NCBI GenBank assembly: GCA_050287845.1
Contig: JBNKCR010000098.1
Coordinates: 160,001-224,000, forward strand
Length of the DNA: 64,000 nucleotides
DNA from: Polyangia bacterium
GTDB lineage: Bacteria > Myxococcota_A > Polyangia > JAAYKL01
Direction: 5' to 3'
Part shown: in pieces, positions 31,882 to 42,461 of the stretch
Position numbering within the stretch: position 1 is the first letter of the stretch
How the letters are laid out: each line of letters begins with the position of its first letter
Translations under genes and position numbers: made by a program
The notes under the pieces: generated by a model
Told to the model about the DNA's origin: nothing
What the model saw: only the letters and a program-made list of their open reading frames with translations
Database searches by the model: none

Positions 31882-34836
31882 CTATCGCAGGAGTTCGATG
31901 AGATCATCCCTGGTAATCGAAAGCGCCTGTCCTGCATCACCGATGGCAGCTTCCGCCAGCTTTCGTTTCTTTTCCTGCAGGTTGAGGATTTTCTCTTCAA
32001 CGGTCTCCGCGGCTACAAATCTATATACAAAAACCGGTTTGTCCTGACCGATGCGATGGGTCCGGTCTGCCGCCTGATCTTCGGCAGCCGGATTCCACCA
32101 TGGATCGAGAAGAAACACATGGTCCGCAGCAGTCAGATTGAGTCCGGTCCCGCCAGCTTTAAGGGAAATCAGCATTACCGGCGGACCATCGATTTCCTGA
32201 AACCGTTCTACCACGCCCGCGCGATCCCGGGTGCTGCCATCCAGTCGCAGAAAGGGGATCTCCGCCTGTTTCAGATGAGGTTCCACCAAATCCAGAAATC
32301 CCGTCCACTGGGAGAACACCAATGCTTTGTGTCCGTTGGCAATGGTGGCTTCCAGCTCCTGATTGAGCAATTCAACCTTCGATGAAGTTGCAGCCTGGTG
32401 CCCGGGGACCAGAGAGGGGTGGCAAGCGGCCTGGCGAAGCCGGAGGAGCTGTTCGAGAGCCGCCATGATGCTTCCTCCCGCTTCCAGTGATTTCACCACG
32501 GAGGAGCTGGTTGCCGCGCGTACTGCATCGTAGATGTTTCGCTCGCGCTCGCTCAGTTCGCAGTGAAGAATGAGATTGGTTCGACTGGGAAGTTCCAGTT
32601 CCACTTCGTCTTTTTTTCGGCGCAACACAAACGGCCGGATCTTCTGTCTCAGGCTGGCAGTGGCTGCGGGATCTCCCAGACCAATGGGAATGGCGTAGCG
32701 TTTCTGGAATTTTCGGTAGTTTCCGAGAAGGCCGGGATTGGTGAAGTTGAAGATGCTCCATAATTCTTCGAGTCGGTTCTCCACGGGGGTGCCACTCATG
32801 GCCATCCGAAAATCCGCTTTTAACCGGAACGCCGCTTTGGCTGCCTGACTGGCGGGATTCTTGATATTCTGGGACTCGTCCAGGACCACGCAATCCCATT
32901 GACGCCCGGTGAGCGCCGCACGCTCAATCCGCAAAAGCGCATAATTTGTAATCACCAAATCCGCCGATTCATCCAGTTTCCGATTGAGTCCGTGAAATAT
33001 GCAAGTTTTCAGGCCAGGTCTGAATCGGGCGGTTTCATTGGCCCAGTTGTGAATGACACTGGTCGGACAGACAACCAGGGTTTTTCCTTTCATCGCACAC
33101 AGCGCCTGGATGGTTTTACCGAGACCCATGTCATCGGCGAGAATCCCCCCGAGGTTTGCATTACGAAGAAATGTGAGCCAGTCGACGCCCCGTTCCTGAT
33201 AATGGCGAAGGGTGCCCTGCAGATCTCGGGGCAACGGCGCTTTGGGGATGGTGTCGAAATTATCGATAAGTGGAGCGAGCCGCGAGAAACAGGGCTGGGT
33301 GTCCATGTCGAGATCTTCGCACAATCTCGCCAGTACCGGGATGGCAGCGACGGCAATCCGATTGTCTTCGGCCTGTCTTGCATCCAACAGATCCATTACC
33401 ATGTGCCCGTGCGCATCCAGCCAGCTTTTGGGGATCGGGGCGAATCCGCCGCCTTCCATGGGGGCCAGATTTAATCCTTCACGCCATGCTTCCAGAACAT
33501 TCCGGGCGTCTGCGCGCCGGCCGGCGAATGCGGGCTCATCGGTGTCATCCATGGAAAACCAGATGTCAAAAGCATCGTCATTAATTTCAACGTTCGGCGT
33601 CAACGGTGCGGCGTTGCGAATGGCGTGCTGTGTGGCATCCAGGGTGGACTCGCTCCAGATTTGCGCTTTTTCAATGAACAGCGATGCTTCCCGACGGTTG
33701 AAAGACACTTTTCTGCCGGGCACCAGGTTGAGATCGTCTCGCAACGTGGCTTCCATTTCTTTCTCCGCCCTGATGTCCCGCGCCGGGATTGTTCCTTCAA
33801 TATACACCATCCGACTGTTTCGGATTCTCACGTGCGGTGGATTCCCATATACGATCTCGGGGAGAACCTCCACGGTACTCCCGTCCTGCACCATATTCAT
33901 TACCAGACGCGGTTCCAGGAACCGGGAGACGGAAGGCAGAATATCGGTTCGCATTTCCACATAATTGTCCCGTTCCAGCTGGGGCAGCACATCCGCAACA
34001 AATTCGGCGAGATCCTTGTGAGCATAGCTGATGAGACGCGGGAGCTTTTCCATGGCGTCGCCGCAGATGCCGCGTTGCCCGATGGGATGCATGGTATTGC
34101 CACAGCGTGCCGCACCGGGGGCGAGGATCTCATCCAGATCACCATTGGGGTTCAGGTGGAGCGTTACGCCGCCATCGTCGGAGCCGGTCACTTTAATCGC
34201 CGGCAGCATGGGCTCTCGTGACGCACATATGGGCTGGTCATCCAGAAAGACAAGGTCGGCTTCGTTGAGTTCCGCAATCAGATTGGAAAGGAGTTCAGCG
34301 GGCAATTTCTTTTGGGGGTGAATGTTGCGTCCGACGATAAGATCGGCGTTCAGGTCCATCTGGGTTGGGCGATATCCGAGGGGGAAGGCCCGCGCGGCAA
34401 CATGGGACATGATGGGGCGCGCCAGCAGTTGGCTTCTGCCGCCGGCGTGGATGTAGTATCGGGATAGTGTGAGGCCGTGGGATTTTCTGTAAAATCGATA
34501 TGACAGGCGTGTCGGATGAATTTCTTTTTTCGGTAGTGCGTGTCCCTGCTGTCGCGCCAAATCGGTTGCGATGATGGCGGCAGCAACGTGCGCGCAATAT
34601 TCGGTGTTTAATTTACAGTCGCATTCCCATTCGTTGTCTTCCAGATAGAGGACAACGGTGGGATCGGTAATGTCGGCAGCCGTGGAGACCCGAAGTTCGA
34701 TTTCGGAATCGGTCGCCCCCAATCCTTCAACCGCGTCCATCTGGGCAAGTCGTTCCCCCTGTGCCCATACTTGCGGTCCACAGGATTGTCTGAATACATT
34801 TTTAAGATGAAGAAGCGTTGGGCGTTTTATGTTCAT
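31882..34836 (-). CDS. SWIM zinc-finger SNF2-family helicase/translocase
   Basis: SWIM motif CDC-x6-CAH, LADDMGLGKT, LDESQ, SGTPVEN and QAADRTHRIGQ. Confidence 0.95.
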   Translation of the reverse strand: MNIKRPTLLHLKNVFRQSCGPQVWAQGERLAQMDAVEGLGATDSEIELRVSTAADITDPTVVLYLEDNEWECDCKLNTEYCAHVAAAIIATDLARQQGHALPKKEIHPTRLSYRFYRKSHGLTLSRYYIHAGGRSQLLARPIMSHVAARAFPLGYRPTQMDLNADLIVGRNIHPQKKLPAELLSNLIAELNEADLVFLDDQPICASREPMLPAIKVTGSDDGGVTLHLNPNGDLDEILAPGAARCGNTMHPIGQRGICGDAMEKLPRLISYAHKDLAEFVADVLPQLERDNYVEMRTDILPSVSRFLEPRLVMNMVQDGSTVEVLPEIVYGNPPHVRIRNSRMVYIEGTIPARDIRAEKEMEATLRDDLNLVPGRKVSFNRREASLFIEKAQIWSESTLDATQHAIRNAAPLTPNVEINDDAFDIWFSMDDTDEPAFAGRRADARNVLEAWREGLNLAPMEGGGFAPIPKSWLDAHGHMVMDLLDARQAEDNRIAVAAIPVLARLCEDLDMDTQPCFSRLAPLIDNFDTIPKAPLPRDLQGTLRHYQERGVDWLTFLRNANLGGILADDMGLGKTIQALCAMKGKTLVVCPTSVIHNWANETARFRPGLKTCIFHGLNRKLDESADLVITNYALLRIERAALTGRQWDCVVLDESQNIKNPASQAAKAAFRLKADFRMAMSGTPVENRLEELWSIFNFTNPGLLGNYRKFQKRYAIPIGLGDPAATASLRQKIRPFVLRRKKDEVELELPSRTNLILHCELSERERNIYDAVRAATSSSVVKSLEAGGSIMAALEQLLRLRQAACHPSLVPGHQAATSSKVELLNQELEATIANGHKALVFSQWTGFLDLVEPHLKQAEIPFLRLDGSTRDRAGVVERFQEIDGPPVMLISLKAGGTGLNLTAADHVFLLDPWWNPAAEDQAADRTHRIGQDKPVFVYRFVAAETVEEKILNLQEKKRKLAEAAIGDAGQALSITRDDLIELLR

Positions 34837-35074
34837 TTTTTATATCAGTTTGAATACTGCAGTATTTTTAAAATTAATTCGGACGAAGCAGTATAGCACA
34901 ATCTGTCTTTTTATCACAAGCGTCACGGGAAGTTGAGTTAAAGTAAAGCATTTTATTTAATAGTTTAATTTTCTGTTTTTATTGGCCATTTGTCTACATA
35001 TAAAACATGTCATCGTATCGGAATGATCCCGGGAAGCCGCCAGTAGACAATCGACGATATCCCTCTTCACTCTA

Positions 35075-35101
35075 TTAATTAAACATTGTGCCTACCGATA
35101 A
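35075..35101 (+). promoter_or_regulatory. Possible sigma28-like promoter
   Basis: TTAA-N15-ACCGATAA against the consensus TAAA-N15-GCCGATAA; about 155 bp upstream of the hybrid kinase. Confidence 0.4.
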
Positions 35102-35255
35102 CTCTCTTTGTGAGATGACTATAAACCGGATCAATAACCCGTCGAGTGCGCTGCGAAATCACTGAAGTCAGTTGATTCGGCAGGTGAAACGCTCAGATGC
35201 AGTCAACTGACAATTACGTGAGTCTGGGCACTGGTCCAGATTAAAATGAATTTCG

Positions 35256-36563
35256 ATGTATCAGGTTCAAAAAAATGAAGAACGTCGTTATGAAGGCCTG
35301 ATTCCGGACGTACCCATGCCGTTGTTGAAGGATACACAGGAGAGGAAAGTGGACATTCTGTTGGTGGATGACCGGCGCGAGAATCTCTTTGCACTGGAGA
35401 ATCTCCTTGAGCTCGAAGGGCTGTCAATCACTTCGGTGGAATCGGGTCAGGACGCGCTGCGACAGGTGCTGGATAAGGAGTTCGCGCTGGTGGTCATGGA
35501 TGTTCAGATGCCCGGAATGGACGGTTATGAGACAGCGGAACTCATGCGTTCCAACAGTAAAACAAAGCATATTCCGATTATTTTTGTTTCCGCAGTAAAT
35601 AAGGATGAACACCATCTGTTTCGCGGATATAATTCGGGAGCGGTAGATTATCTGTTTAAACCCATAGAACCAAATATTCTTGCCAGTAAAACGAGAATAT
35701 TTGTAGACTTGTTCCGACAGCGCAAGGCGCTGGAACAGGCCAGCATAGCCCTGGAAAAAAGCCTCGCTGAAATTCAGAACAAGGATGAACAACTTCGACA
35801 GAAGCAGAAACTGGAAGCCATCGGTAAACTGGTGGGAGGGGTTGCCCATGAAATTCGCAATCCGTTGTCGTTCATGCTGTCTCACTTGAGGCGCGCATCG
35901 CGAAGCAGCCAACAGATTTCAGATTATTATGACACATTAAATGTTGATATTAAAGATGATGATATAATTGATAAAATTTCATCTGTTCGTGATGGGATAG
36001 ATATTGCGATTGACGGGGCAAACCGGATTTCGAAAATTGTTCAGGACCTTTCGCGGTTTGCCAGAACCGACCGCAATGAGGGCGTGCGGCTGGTGTCGGT
36101 GAATGATGTGTTGCAGAAGGTGGTGAATCTGGCCCGGCACGATATTCGTATTTATGCCAGATTGGTGGAAGACTACGGCATCATTCCATCCCTCAGTATT
36201 AATGAAAGCAAGTTATTTCAGGTTTTTCTCAATCTACTGACAAATGCGATCCATTCTCTGAAATATACCGATGACAGACAGAATGTGATTTCTATCCGCT
36301 CGTGGCTGGAGGATGAGACCGTGATGGTTGAAATTCAGGACACGGGATGCGGAATCTCTGATGACAACTTGCCGAAGATCTTTGATCCGTTTTTCACCAC
36401 GAAAGATGTCGGCGAAGGGACGGGGTTGGGGTTGGCGACGTGTTTTGGAATCGTCGATACATATGGCGGTGATATCGTTGTCTCATCCGAAGTTGGTGAG
36501 GGGAGCAGCTTCACCGTCCGCCTTCCGGTTCGTCCTCCCAATGGTGTATCGCCAATCGAGTGA
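35256..36563 (+). CDS. Hybrid response regulator / histidine kinase (REC-HisKA-HATPase)
   Basis: ILLVDD, MDVQMP, AHEIRNPL and FFTTK..GEGTGLGL. Confidence 0.95.
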   Translation: MYQVQKNEERRYEGLIPDVPMPLLKDTQERKVDILLVDDRRENLFALENLLELEGLSITSVESGQDALRQVLDKEFALVVMDVQMPGMDGYETAELMRSNSKTKHIPIIFVSAVNKDEHHLFRGYNSGAVDYLFKPIEPNILASKTRIFVDLFRQRKALEQASIALEKSLAEIQNKDEQLRQKQKLEAIGKLVGGVAHEIRNPLSFMLSHLRRASRSSQQISDYYDTLNVDIKDDDIIDKISSVRDGIDIAIDGANRISKIVQDLSRFARTDRNEGVRLVSVNDVLQKVVNLARHDIRIYARLVEDYGIIPSLSINESKLFQVFLNLLTNAIHSLKYTDDRQNVISIRSWLEDETVMVEIQDTGCGISDDNLPKIFDPFFTTKDVGEGTGLGLATCFGIVDTYGGDIVVSSEVGEGSSFTVRLPVRPPNGVSPIE

Positions 36564-36723
36564 TTTGAACATCGACCCGTTTGCGGTCAGTCCACCACTT
36601 ATTTTCCGGTTTCGCGTCAAGTTTGCTATAATGCCGGGCAGAGTGAATGATAAGAAAGCCATTCTCCAGAATGTGATCAATCAATTTTCGATACGATCCA
36701 ATGAGGGGAATTGGGAGGAAAAT

Positions 36724-38145
36724 ATGACGTTTGCCGAAGAATTGGCATTGAATCTGAAATCTGAGTGTCCGATTGTGTTTGTTTCATCTTTCGAAGAGCA
36801 GAGTGTCATCCCTCAAGTGCAGCATGCATGCGCTCTGGCTGGAATGACGTGTATCATTCCCCGAAAGCCCGGTACCCTGGTGGATATACCGGAACAGATG
36901 TCTCATTTGAGCAAAGGAAAAGTATTGGTTCTGGCGGAAGTGCATCAGCAGCTTGAAGACCCCGGGGTTATTCGTCTTCTTTCGGATCTGGGGTTGTCTT
37001 CTGCAGGATCGGTTGTGTTCATTGTGCCCTGGATCTCCATTCCCCGGGAGTTGGAGAGACTGTCGTCCATCATGGAGTATCCGCTGCCCGATACGGACAG
37101 ATTGCGTGAAATTCTGGACGAGATATGTGGCGAGACCGGTGTTTTGCTGGTTGAAAATGATGTGGAAGGCATGGTTCGGGTGTCGCAGGGACTGACCGAA
37201 GGGGAAGCCAGACGGGGATTCCGCAAAGCGATGCTTGGGTGGCCGGAAGAGACGGCAGCGGCCCGGGAATCCCTGGAACGCGAAAAGCGAAAGGCTCTGC
37301 TCAGAAGTAACGTGTTGGAGTACGTGGACGCAGAAGTTGACCTGACCGCCGTGGGGGGAATGAATCTGTTGAAATCGTGGTTGCAGGCGCGGAAGTCTGC
37401 GTTTTCCCCGGAGGCCAGACGGTATGGATTACCCGCCCCCAAAGGGATTCTTCTTATGGGAATTCAGGGATGTGGAAAATCTCTTGCGGCAAAATCCGTT
37501 GCCGGTTACTGGGAGCTTCCCCTGGTTCGGATGGATATAGCCGGGATTTTTGGCCAGCCACGTCCGGAGGAATCACTTCGCTCTGCGTTAAAAGTAGCAG
37601 AAGCTATGGCGCCGCTGGTCCTGTGGATAGATGAAATTGAAAAGGGGTTCGACAACCAATATAAGGGCACGGAAGCGCGACTGCTCGGTGGCCTGATTAC
37701 CTGGCTTCAGGAGAAAAAGAAGGAAGTGTTCGTGGTGGCTACAGCCAACAAGGTGGATGCACTGCCGCCGGAGCTTCCCCGAAAGGGACGTTTCGATGAG
37801 ATATTTTTCGTTGATTTGCCGGATGCGCAGGAGCGCAGGGATATTCTGGCGTTGCATATGCGGACGAGGGGACTGGACCCGGCCAACTACGATTGTGACG
37901 GCCTGGTTTCCAGAACGGACAAATTCACTGGCAGTGAACTGGAGCAACTGGTGATTGGCGCCATGTATATGGCATTCGAACATAAAGCCGATGTATCCGA
38001 TGCGGATTTCAAGCGGGTGCTGAACAGTAATGTGACACTGTACGAAACATTCGAGCCGGAGATTAAGAAGATGCGCGAGTGGGCCCGGAAGCGCGCCCGT
38101 ATGGCCAGCAGCGACCGTTCCAAAATTGACTATTTCAGAAGTTGA
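36724..38145 (+). CDS. AAA+ ATPase, Ycf46-like
   Basis: [25 protein letters not shown] and [17 protein letters not shown] 36724 follows GGAGG; the longer ORF-track start overlaps the upstream gene. Confidence 0.9.
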   Translation: MTFAEELALNLKSECPIVFVSSFEEQSVIPQVQHACALAGMTCIIPRKPGTLVDIPEQMSHLSKGKVLVLAEVHQQLEDPGVIRLLSDLGLSSAGSVVFIVPWISIPRELERLSSIMEYPLPDTDRLREILDEICGETGVLLVENDVEGMVRVSQGLTEGEARRGFRKAMLGWPEETAAARESLEREKRKALLRSNVLEYVDAEVDLTAVGGMNLLKSWLQARKSAFSPEARRYGLPAPKGILLMGIQGCGKSLAAKSVAGYWELPLVRMDIAGIFGQPRPEESLRSALKVAEAMAPLVLWIDEIEKGFDNQYKGTEARLLGGLITWLQEKKKEVFVVATANKVDALPPELPRKGRFDEIFFVDLPDAQERRDILALHMRTRGLDPANYDCDGLVSRTDKFTGSELEQLVIGAMYMAFEHKADVSDADFKRVLNSNVTLYETFEPEIKKMREWARKRARMASSDRSKIDYFRS

Positions 38146-38369
38146 TCCCAACGAAACAACTTTCGTTTTTTGTCGTGTCGTTGTTTGAGATGAATACGAC
38201 ATCCAGAATACTCTCTGGTGCAACGGTGCGCTGAGATGTTGCGGCGCCGCAACTGCTGTATCCCCCTGCGGTAAAAACCAGAAATCCGGCCATCTGGATG
38301 TGCCACAGGGCGAAAACTTTTTTTTTCGGTTGATGTGTCATCGGGTTTATTTTACTTCCACAGTCTCTG

Positions 38370-39950
38370 ATGAAAAGTGGAATAAAAAAAGGGTTTCGCG
38401 AAATACTTCTCGCAGCGGTCATCATGCTGATTGTGGGAATGATGATCATTCCCCTTTCACCGTGGCTCATGGATTTGCTGATCTCGTTCAATCTGGCCAT
38501 CTCCATGCTCATCTTCGCCCTGGCCCTGTTTCAGAAAAACCCACTGAAATTCAGCGCATTTCCAACTGTTCTTCTGCTGGCCACGCTATATCGATTGGCG
38601 TTGAATATATCTTCCACCCGGCTCATCCTCACCCGGGCCGATGCCGGTCAAATCATTGGCGGGTTCGGCGGATTTATCGTTGGGGGCGATATTATCGTAG
38701 GCGCGGTAATATTCGGGGTGATTCTGATGGTTCTGTTCCTGGTGATTACCAAAGGGGCAGAACGGGTGGCAGAGGTGGCTGCCCGGTTTACCCTGGATGC
38801 GCTGCCGGGAATGCAGCTGGCCATCGAAACCGACCTGCGCAGTAAAACCATTTCTCCCAGGGAACTGTCCCGTCGAAGAGAAGAACTGGAGAGCCGAAGC
38901 ATGTACTACGGATCTCTTGATGGTGCGATGAAATTCGTCCGCGGGGATGCGGTAGCCGCCCTTGTGATCACGGTCATCAACGTGGCGGGAGGAACGCTGA
39001 TTGGGGTGCTGCGAAAAGATATGGCGCTGATGGATTCCCTGAATCTTTACGGGCGACTGACAGTGGGCGATGGTCTGGTCACCATGATACCGGCCCTGCT
39101 GATCTCCACTGCGGCTGGACTGCTGGTCACCCGGGTTGCCCAGGGGCACGCCGATGAGGGGCTGGCCAGTCAGATTGGCTCGGAGTTGTTTTCGGTGCCT
39201 CAGGCGATGGTGGCGGCCGCGGCCATGATGATTCTGCTATCGATTGCACCGGGGTTGCCGGCCTGGCCATTTCTTATCGCTGCGACGGCATTGGTGGCAA
39301 GCGTGCTGACGGGGCGGCTGCAGGCCAGAAAACAATCCGGGAAAGGACCGGCCAGGAACACGTCGCTGTCATCTGCGTCATCTATTTCGCTCGACGAAAT
39401 GCAGCAACTGCTCGACAACGCATCGGAGCAGTATCCGGTGTTGGTTCGGGAGGCAGTATGGAATCGGATTTCCCTGCCATTCCTGGCAGATATCGTTGCG
39501 GAGCTCCGTGACGATGGCATCGACGAACGCCAGCTGCCCACGGTGCTGGAAGCGTTGGCCCGGGAAACGGTGGTGGACGATGTGGATGATATGCTGATGC
39601 GAATCCGAAAACGTCTGGCGCCCCTTATTTCACAAACAGTGGCGGCAGATGCCAGCCCCCTGCCGGTGGCGACGATGGACATGGAAACCGAGCAGATGCT
39701 GCAAAACAGTATCGTGTCCACTGCCGGCGGCAAGCGCATGGTCCTGGATCCGGCATTTCTGAGTGAATTGCTCGATGCGCTCGAACCGTTGCGCCATGCC
39801 GATGGAGATGGCATTCTGATGGTTGGGGCCGCGCTTCGTCGACCATTGCAGCGCCTGCTTCGGGAATCCCGTTGCGGAATACGGGTCATTGGTCACGGTG
39901 AACTGGTTGCATCCCTGGCTATTGATATCAGAATGGAACTGTCGCTCTGA
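38370..39950 (+). CDS. FHIPEP-family export gate protein (FlhA/SctV homologue) with a shortened cytoplasmic domain
   Basis: FP..LL..TL.RLALNISSTRLIL, RVAEVAARFTLDA.PG, DGAMKFVRGDA and GDGLV motifs. Only 526 aa, versus about 690 for typical FlhA/SctV. Confidence 0.92.
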   Translation: MKSGIKKGFREILLAAVIMLIVGMMIIPLSPWLMDLLISFNLAISMLIFALALFQKNPLKFSAFPTVLLLATLYRLALNISSTRLILTRADAGQIIGGFGGFIVGGDIIVGAVIFGVILMVLFLVITKGAERVAEVAARFTLDALPGMQLAIETDLRSKTISPRELSRRREELESRSMYYGSLDGAMKFVRGDAVAALVITVINVAGGTLIGVLRKDMALMDSLNLYGRLTVGDGLVTMIPALLISTAAGLLVTRVAQGHADEGLASQIGSELFSVPQAMVAAAAMMILLSIAPGLPAWPFLIAATALVASVLTGRLQARKQSGKGPARNTSLSSASSISLDEMQQLLDNASEQYPVLVREAVWNRISLPFLADIVAELRDDGIDERQLPTVLEALARETVVDDVDDMLMRIRKRLAPLISQTVAADASPLPVATMDMETEQMLQNSIVSTAGGKRMVLDPAFLSELLDALEPLRHADGDGILMVGAALRRPLQRLLRESRCGIRVIGHGELVASLAIDIRMELSL

Positions 39951-40133
39951 CAAAACCGGTCTACTCTTCTTGAAAACTGGCCCATGTCCTTCATGTCGGG
40001 AAGTCTGGTACACAAATCCTACATTGTCGAAAAAATGAATTCACGGTAAATTACCTGTAACTATTTGGGTTTCTTATTAAGTCGTTCGGTTATCAGTCGT
40101 TATGCCTTTATAAGTGAACTCTAAGGACATTTT

Positions 40134-42461
40134 ATGAACAACAGAGATTCGCAGAGACCAACATCACGATCGTCAGGCAAGCGTTCCAATGACGGAAATT
40201 TACTGTGGAAAATATCCTGGGTTGTTTTACCAACGATGTTGGTTGGCAGTGTAGTTGCCGTGGTTTATCAGATGTTGCCTCTCGCAGTGCCAATCTCGCT
40301 GGGAGTAATGACACCATGGATGGTGGCGCTGCTGTTTCAGTTCCGGCACGAAAACCGGAAGCGGAAAATCGCCGAGGAAAATGTGCAGCGGGTTCTGGAA
40401 GAATCCGAGCGAATGCATACTGAATTGCGGAAGAAGACAGCCTTTACCAACTCCATGGCCCGTGAAGCAGAAAACGCAAACAAGGCAAAATCGGAATTCC
40501 TTGCAAACATGTCCCATGAAATCCGCACCCCAATGAATGGGGTGTTGGGGATGTTGTCGCTGTTACATGACACAGGACTGAATTCGGAACAGATGTCTTT
40601 TGTTGATGTGGCCAAGAGCAGCGCAGAGTCCCTCCTGACACTGATTAACGACATTCTTGATTTTTCAAAGATAGAAGCAAGAAAACTCAAATTGGAGGAA
40701 ATCGATTTTGATATTCGCTCCATGCTGGAGGATTTTGCATCGTCGCTGGCATTCCGGGCAAACGACAAAGGATTGGAATTTATTTGCGGTCTTTCACCTG
40801 GGGTGCCCGCTTTTGTCGTGGGAGATCCGGGAAGACTGCGCCAGATTCTGACAAATCTGGCGGGAAATGCATTTAAATTTACCCGTAAAGGGGAGGTGTC
40901 CGTTCGGGGCCAGCTGGTAGCGGAAGACGAGGAGACAGTGACCGTTGAGTTCCATGTGAAGGACTCGGGTATCGGTATTCCCAAGGACAAGCAGAACAAG
41001 TTGTTTGAAAGTTTTACTCAGGCAGATGGATCGACCACCCGGGTATATGGTGGAACCGGTCTTGGACTTTCGATTTCCAAACAGCTTGCGGAGATTATGG
41101 GCGGCCAGATTGGATTGAAAAGTTCTCAGGGAAAGGGGGCGGATTTCTGGTTTACCGTGAAACTCAGACGCTCGGAAAAATTACCCGAACCCAGAGCATT
41201 GGGCAGTCTTGCCGGTGTCAGAACCCTGGTAGTGGACGATAACGACACCAATCTGGATTTGACCGAATCCCAGTTGGCGTCGTGGGGCATGATTGTGGAT
41301 ACGAGCTGTAGCGGGCCCGAGGGTCTGCAGAAGATGTACGACGCCGTGGATGAAGCGCGTCCGTATCAGATTGTGCTCATCGATATGCGCATGCCGCACA
41401 TGACCGGCGAAGCGCTTGGCCGAATTATCCGGGACGATGAGCGTCTGTCCGGCGCTAAACTGGTATTGATGACCTCCATCGGGCATCGCGGTGATGCGGG
41501 GAAATTCAAGGATGCCGGGTTCTCCGCATATCTCACCAAGCCGGTGCTGCAAACCGATTTGTATGTGTGTCTCGCGCAATTGATGGGCGGCGGCAAAGAC
41601 AGTATCATTCCGCCTTCCGCCCAGTCGGAGCATCTGATTACCCGGCACAGCATCGCTGAGGACAGAAAAGCGCGGTTCAGAATTCTGCTTGCGGAAGACA
41701 ATATCACCAATCAGAAAGTGGCATTGGGACTACTTAAGAAACTGGGATTCCGGGCGGATGCAGTGGGTGACGGCGAGGAAGCGTTGAAAGCGCTTGAAGA
41801 ACGATATTATGATTTGGTGCTGATGGATGTGCAGATGCCACGGCTCGATGGCTACGACGCGACCCGTAAAATCCGGGATTCGGTGGATTGCAACGTCCTC
41901 GATTCGAAAATTCCGATCATTGCGATGACCGCCCACGCCATGGAAGGAGATCGCCAGAAGTGTCTTGAGAGCGGGATGAATGACTACATTGCGAAGCCGA
42001 TTAACCCGGCGAATCTGGAGGACGTGATTACCCGGTGGATGTACCGGATACAGGAGCCCGACACAGTGTTTACCAGTTCGGACACACCGGCGGCGGCTGC
42101 AGATATGGATGCTGCCGATGCGTCGGTGTTTGATCGCAATGCGCTGATGGACAGACTGATGGGAGATGAAGAGCTGTTGCAGACAATTGTTCTGGAATAC
42201 CTGAGCGATATGGATGTGCAAATATCGGAACTCAACGAAGCAATTGCCCGGGACGATGCCGCCAGTGTGGGAAAAATTGCGCACCGGATAAAGGGCGCAT
42301 CCGCAAATGTCGGCGGGGACGCTCTGGCAAAAATCGCGATGAAATTGGAAGAGGCGGGCGAACGGAACAAAGATTTGCAGAAAGTGGGACAACTTTTTCC
42401 ATTGGTAATGCGCCAGTTCGAGGAGTTGAGAGCAGTGATGCAGAAAGAAGTGAATCAATGA
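40134..42461 (+). CDS. Hybrid histidine kinase (2TM-HisKA-HATPase-REC-REC-Hpt)
   Basis: [19 protein letters not shown], two receivers and an Hpt AHRIKGAS motif. Confidence 0.95.
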   Translation: MNNRDSQRPTSRSSGKRSNDGNLLWKISWVVLPTMLVGSVVAVVYQMLPLAVPISLGVMTPWMVALLFQFRHENRKRKIAEENVQRVLEESERMHTELRKKTAFTNSMAREAENANKAKSEFLANMSHEIRTPMNGVLGMLSLLHDTGLNSEQMSFVDVAKSSAESLLTLINDILDFSKIEARKLKLEEIDFDIRSMLEDFASSLAFRANDKGLEFICGLSPGVPAFVVGDPGRLRQILTNLAGNAFKFTRKGEVSVRGQLVAEDEETVTVEFHVKDSGIGIPKDKQNKLFESFTQADGSTTRVYGGTGLGLSISKQLAEIMGGQIGLKSSQGKGADFWFTVKLRRSEKLPEPRALGSLAGVRTLVVDDNDTNLDLTESQLASWGMIVDTSCSGPEGLQKMYDAVDEARPYQIVLIDMRMPHMTGEALGRIIRDDERLSGAKLVLMTSIGHRGDAGKFKDAGFSAYLTKPVLQTDLYVCLAQLMGGGKDSIIPPSAQSEHLITRHSIAEDRKARFRILLAEDNITNQKVALGLLKKLGFRADAVGDGEEALKALEERYYDLVLMDVQMPRLDGYDATRKIRDSVDCNVLDSKIPIIAMTAHAMEGDRQKCLESGMNDYIAKPINPANLEDVITRWMYRIQEPDTVFTSSDTPAAAADMDAADASVFDRNALMDRLMGDEELLQTIVLEYLSDMDVQISELNEAIARDDAASVGKIAHRIKGASANVGGDALAKIAMKLEEAGERNKDLQKVGQLFPLVMRQFEELRAVMQKEVNQ

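Noticed and set aside
31882..34836. SNF2 helicase as part of an anti-phage system
   Set aside because: It has an ordinary stand-alone SWIM-SNF2 architecture with no methylase, nuclease or other defence gene nearby.
36328..36723. 132-aa N-terminal extension of the AAA ATPase in the ORF track
   Set aside because: It overlaps the upstream kinase gene, and ATG 36724 has a clear GGAGG SD.
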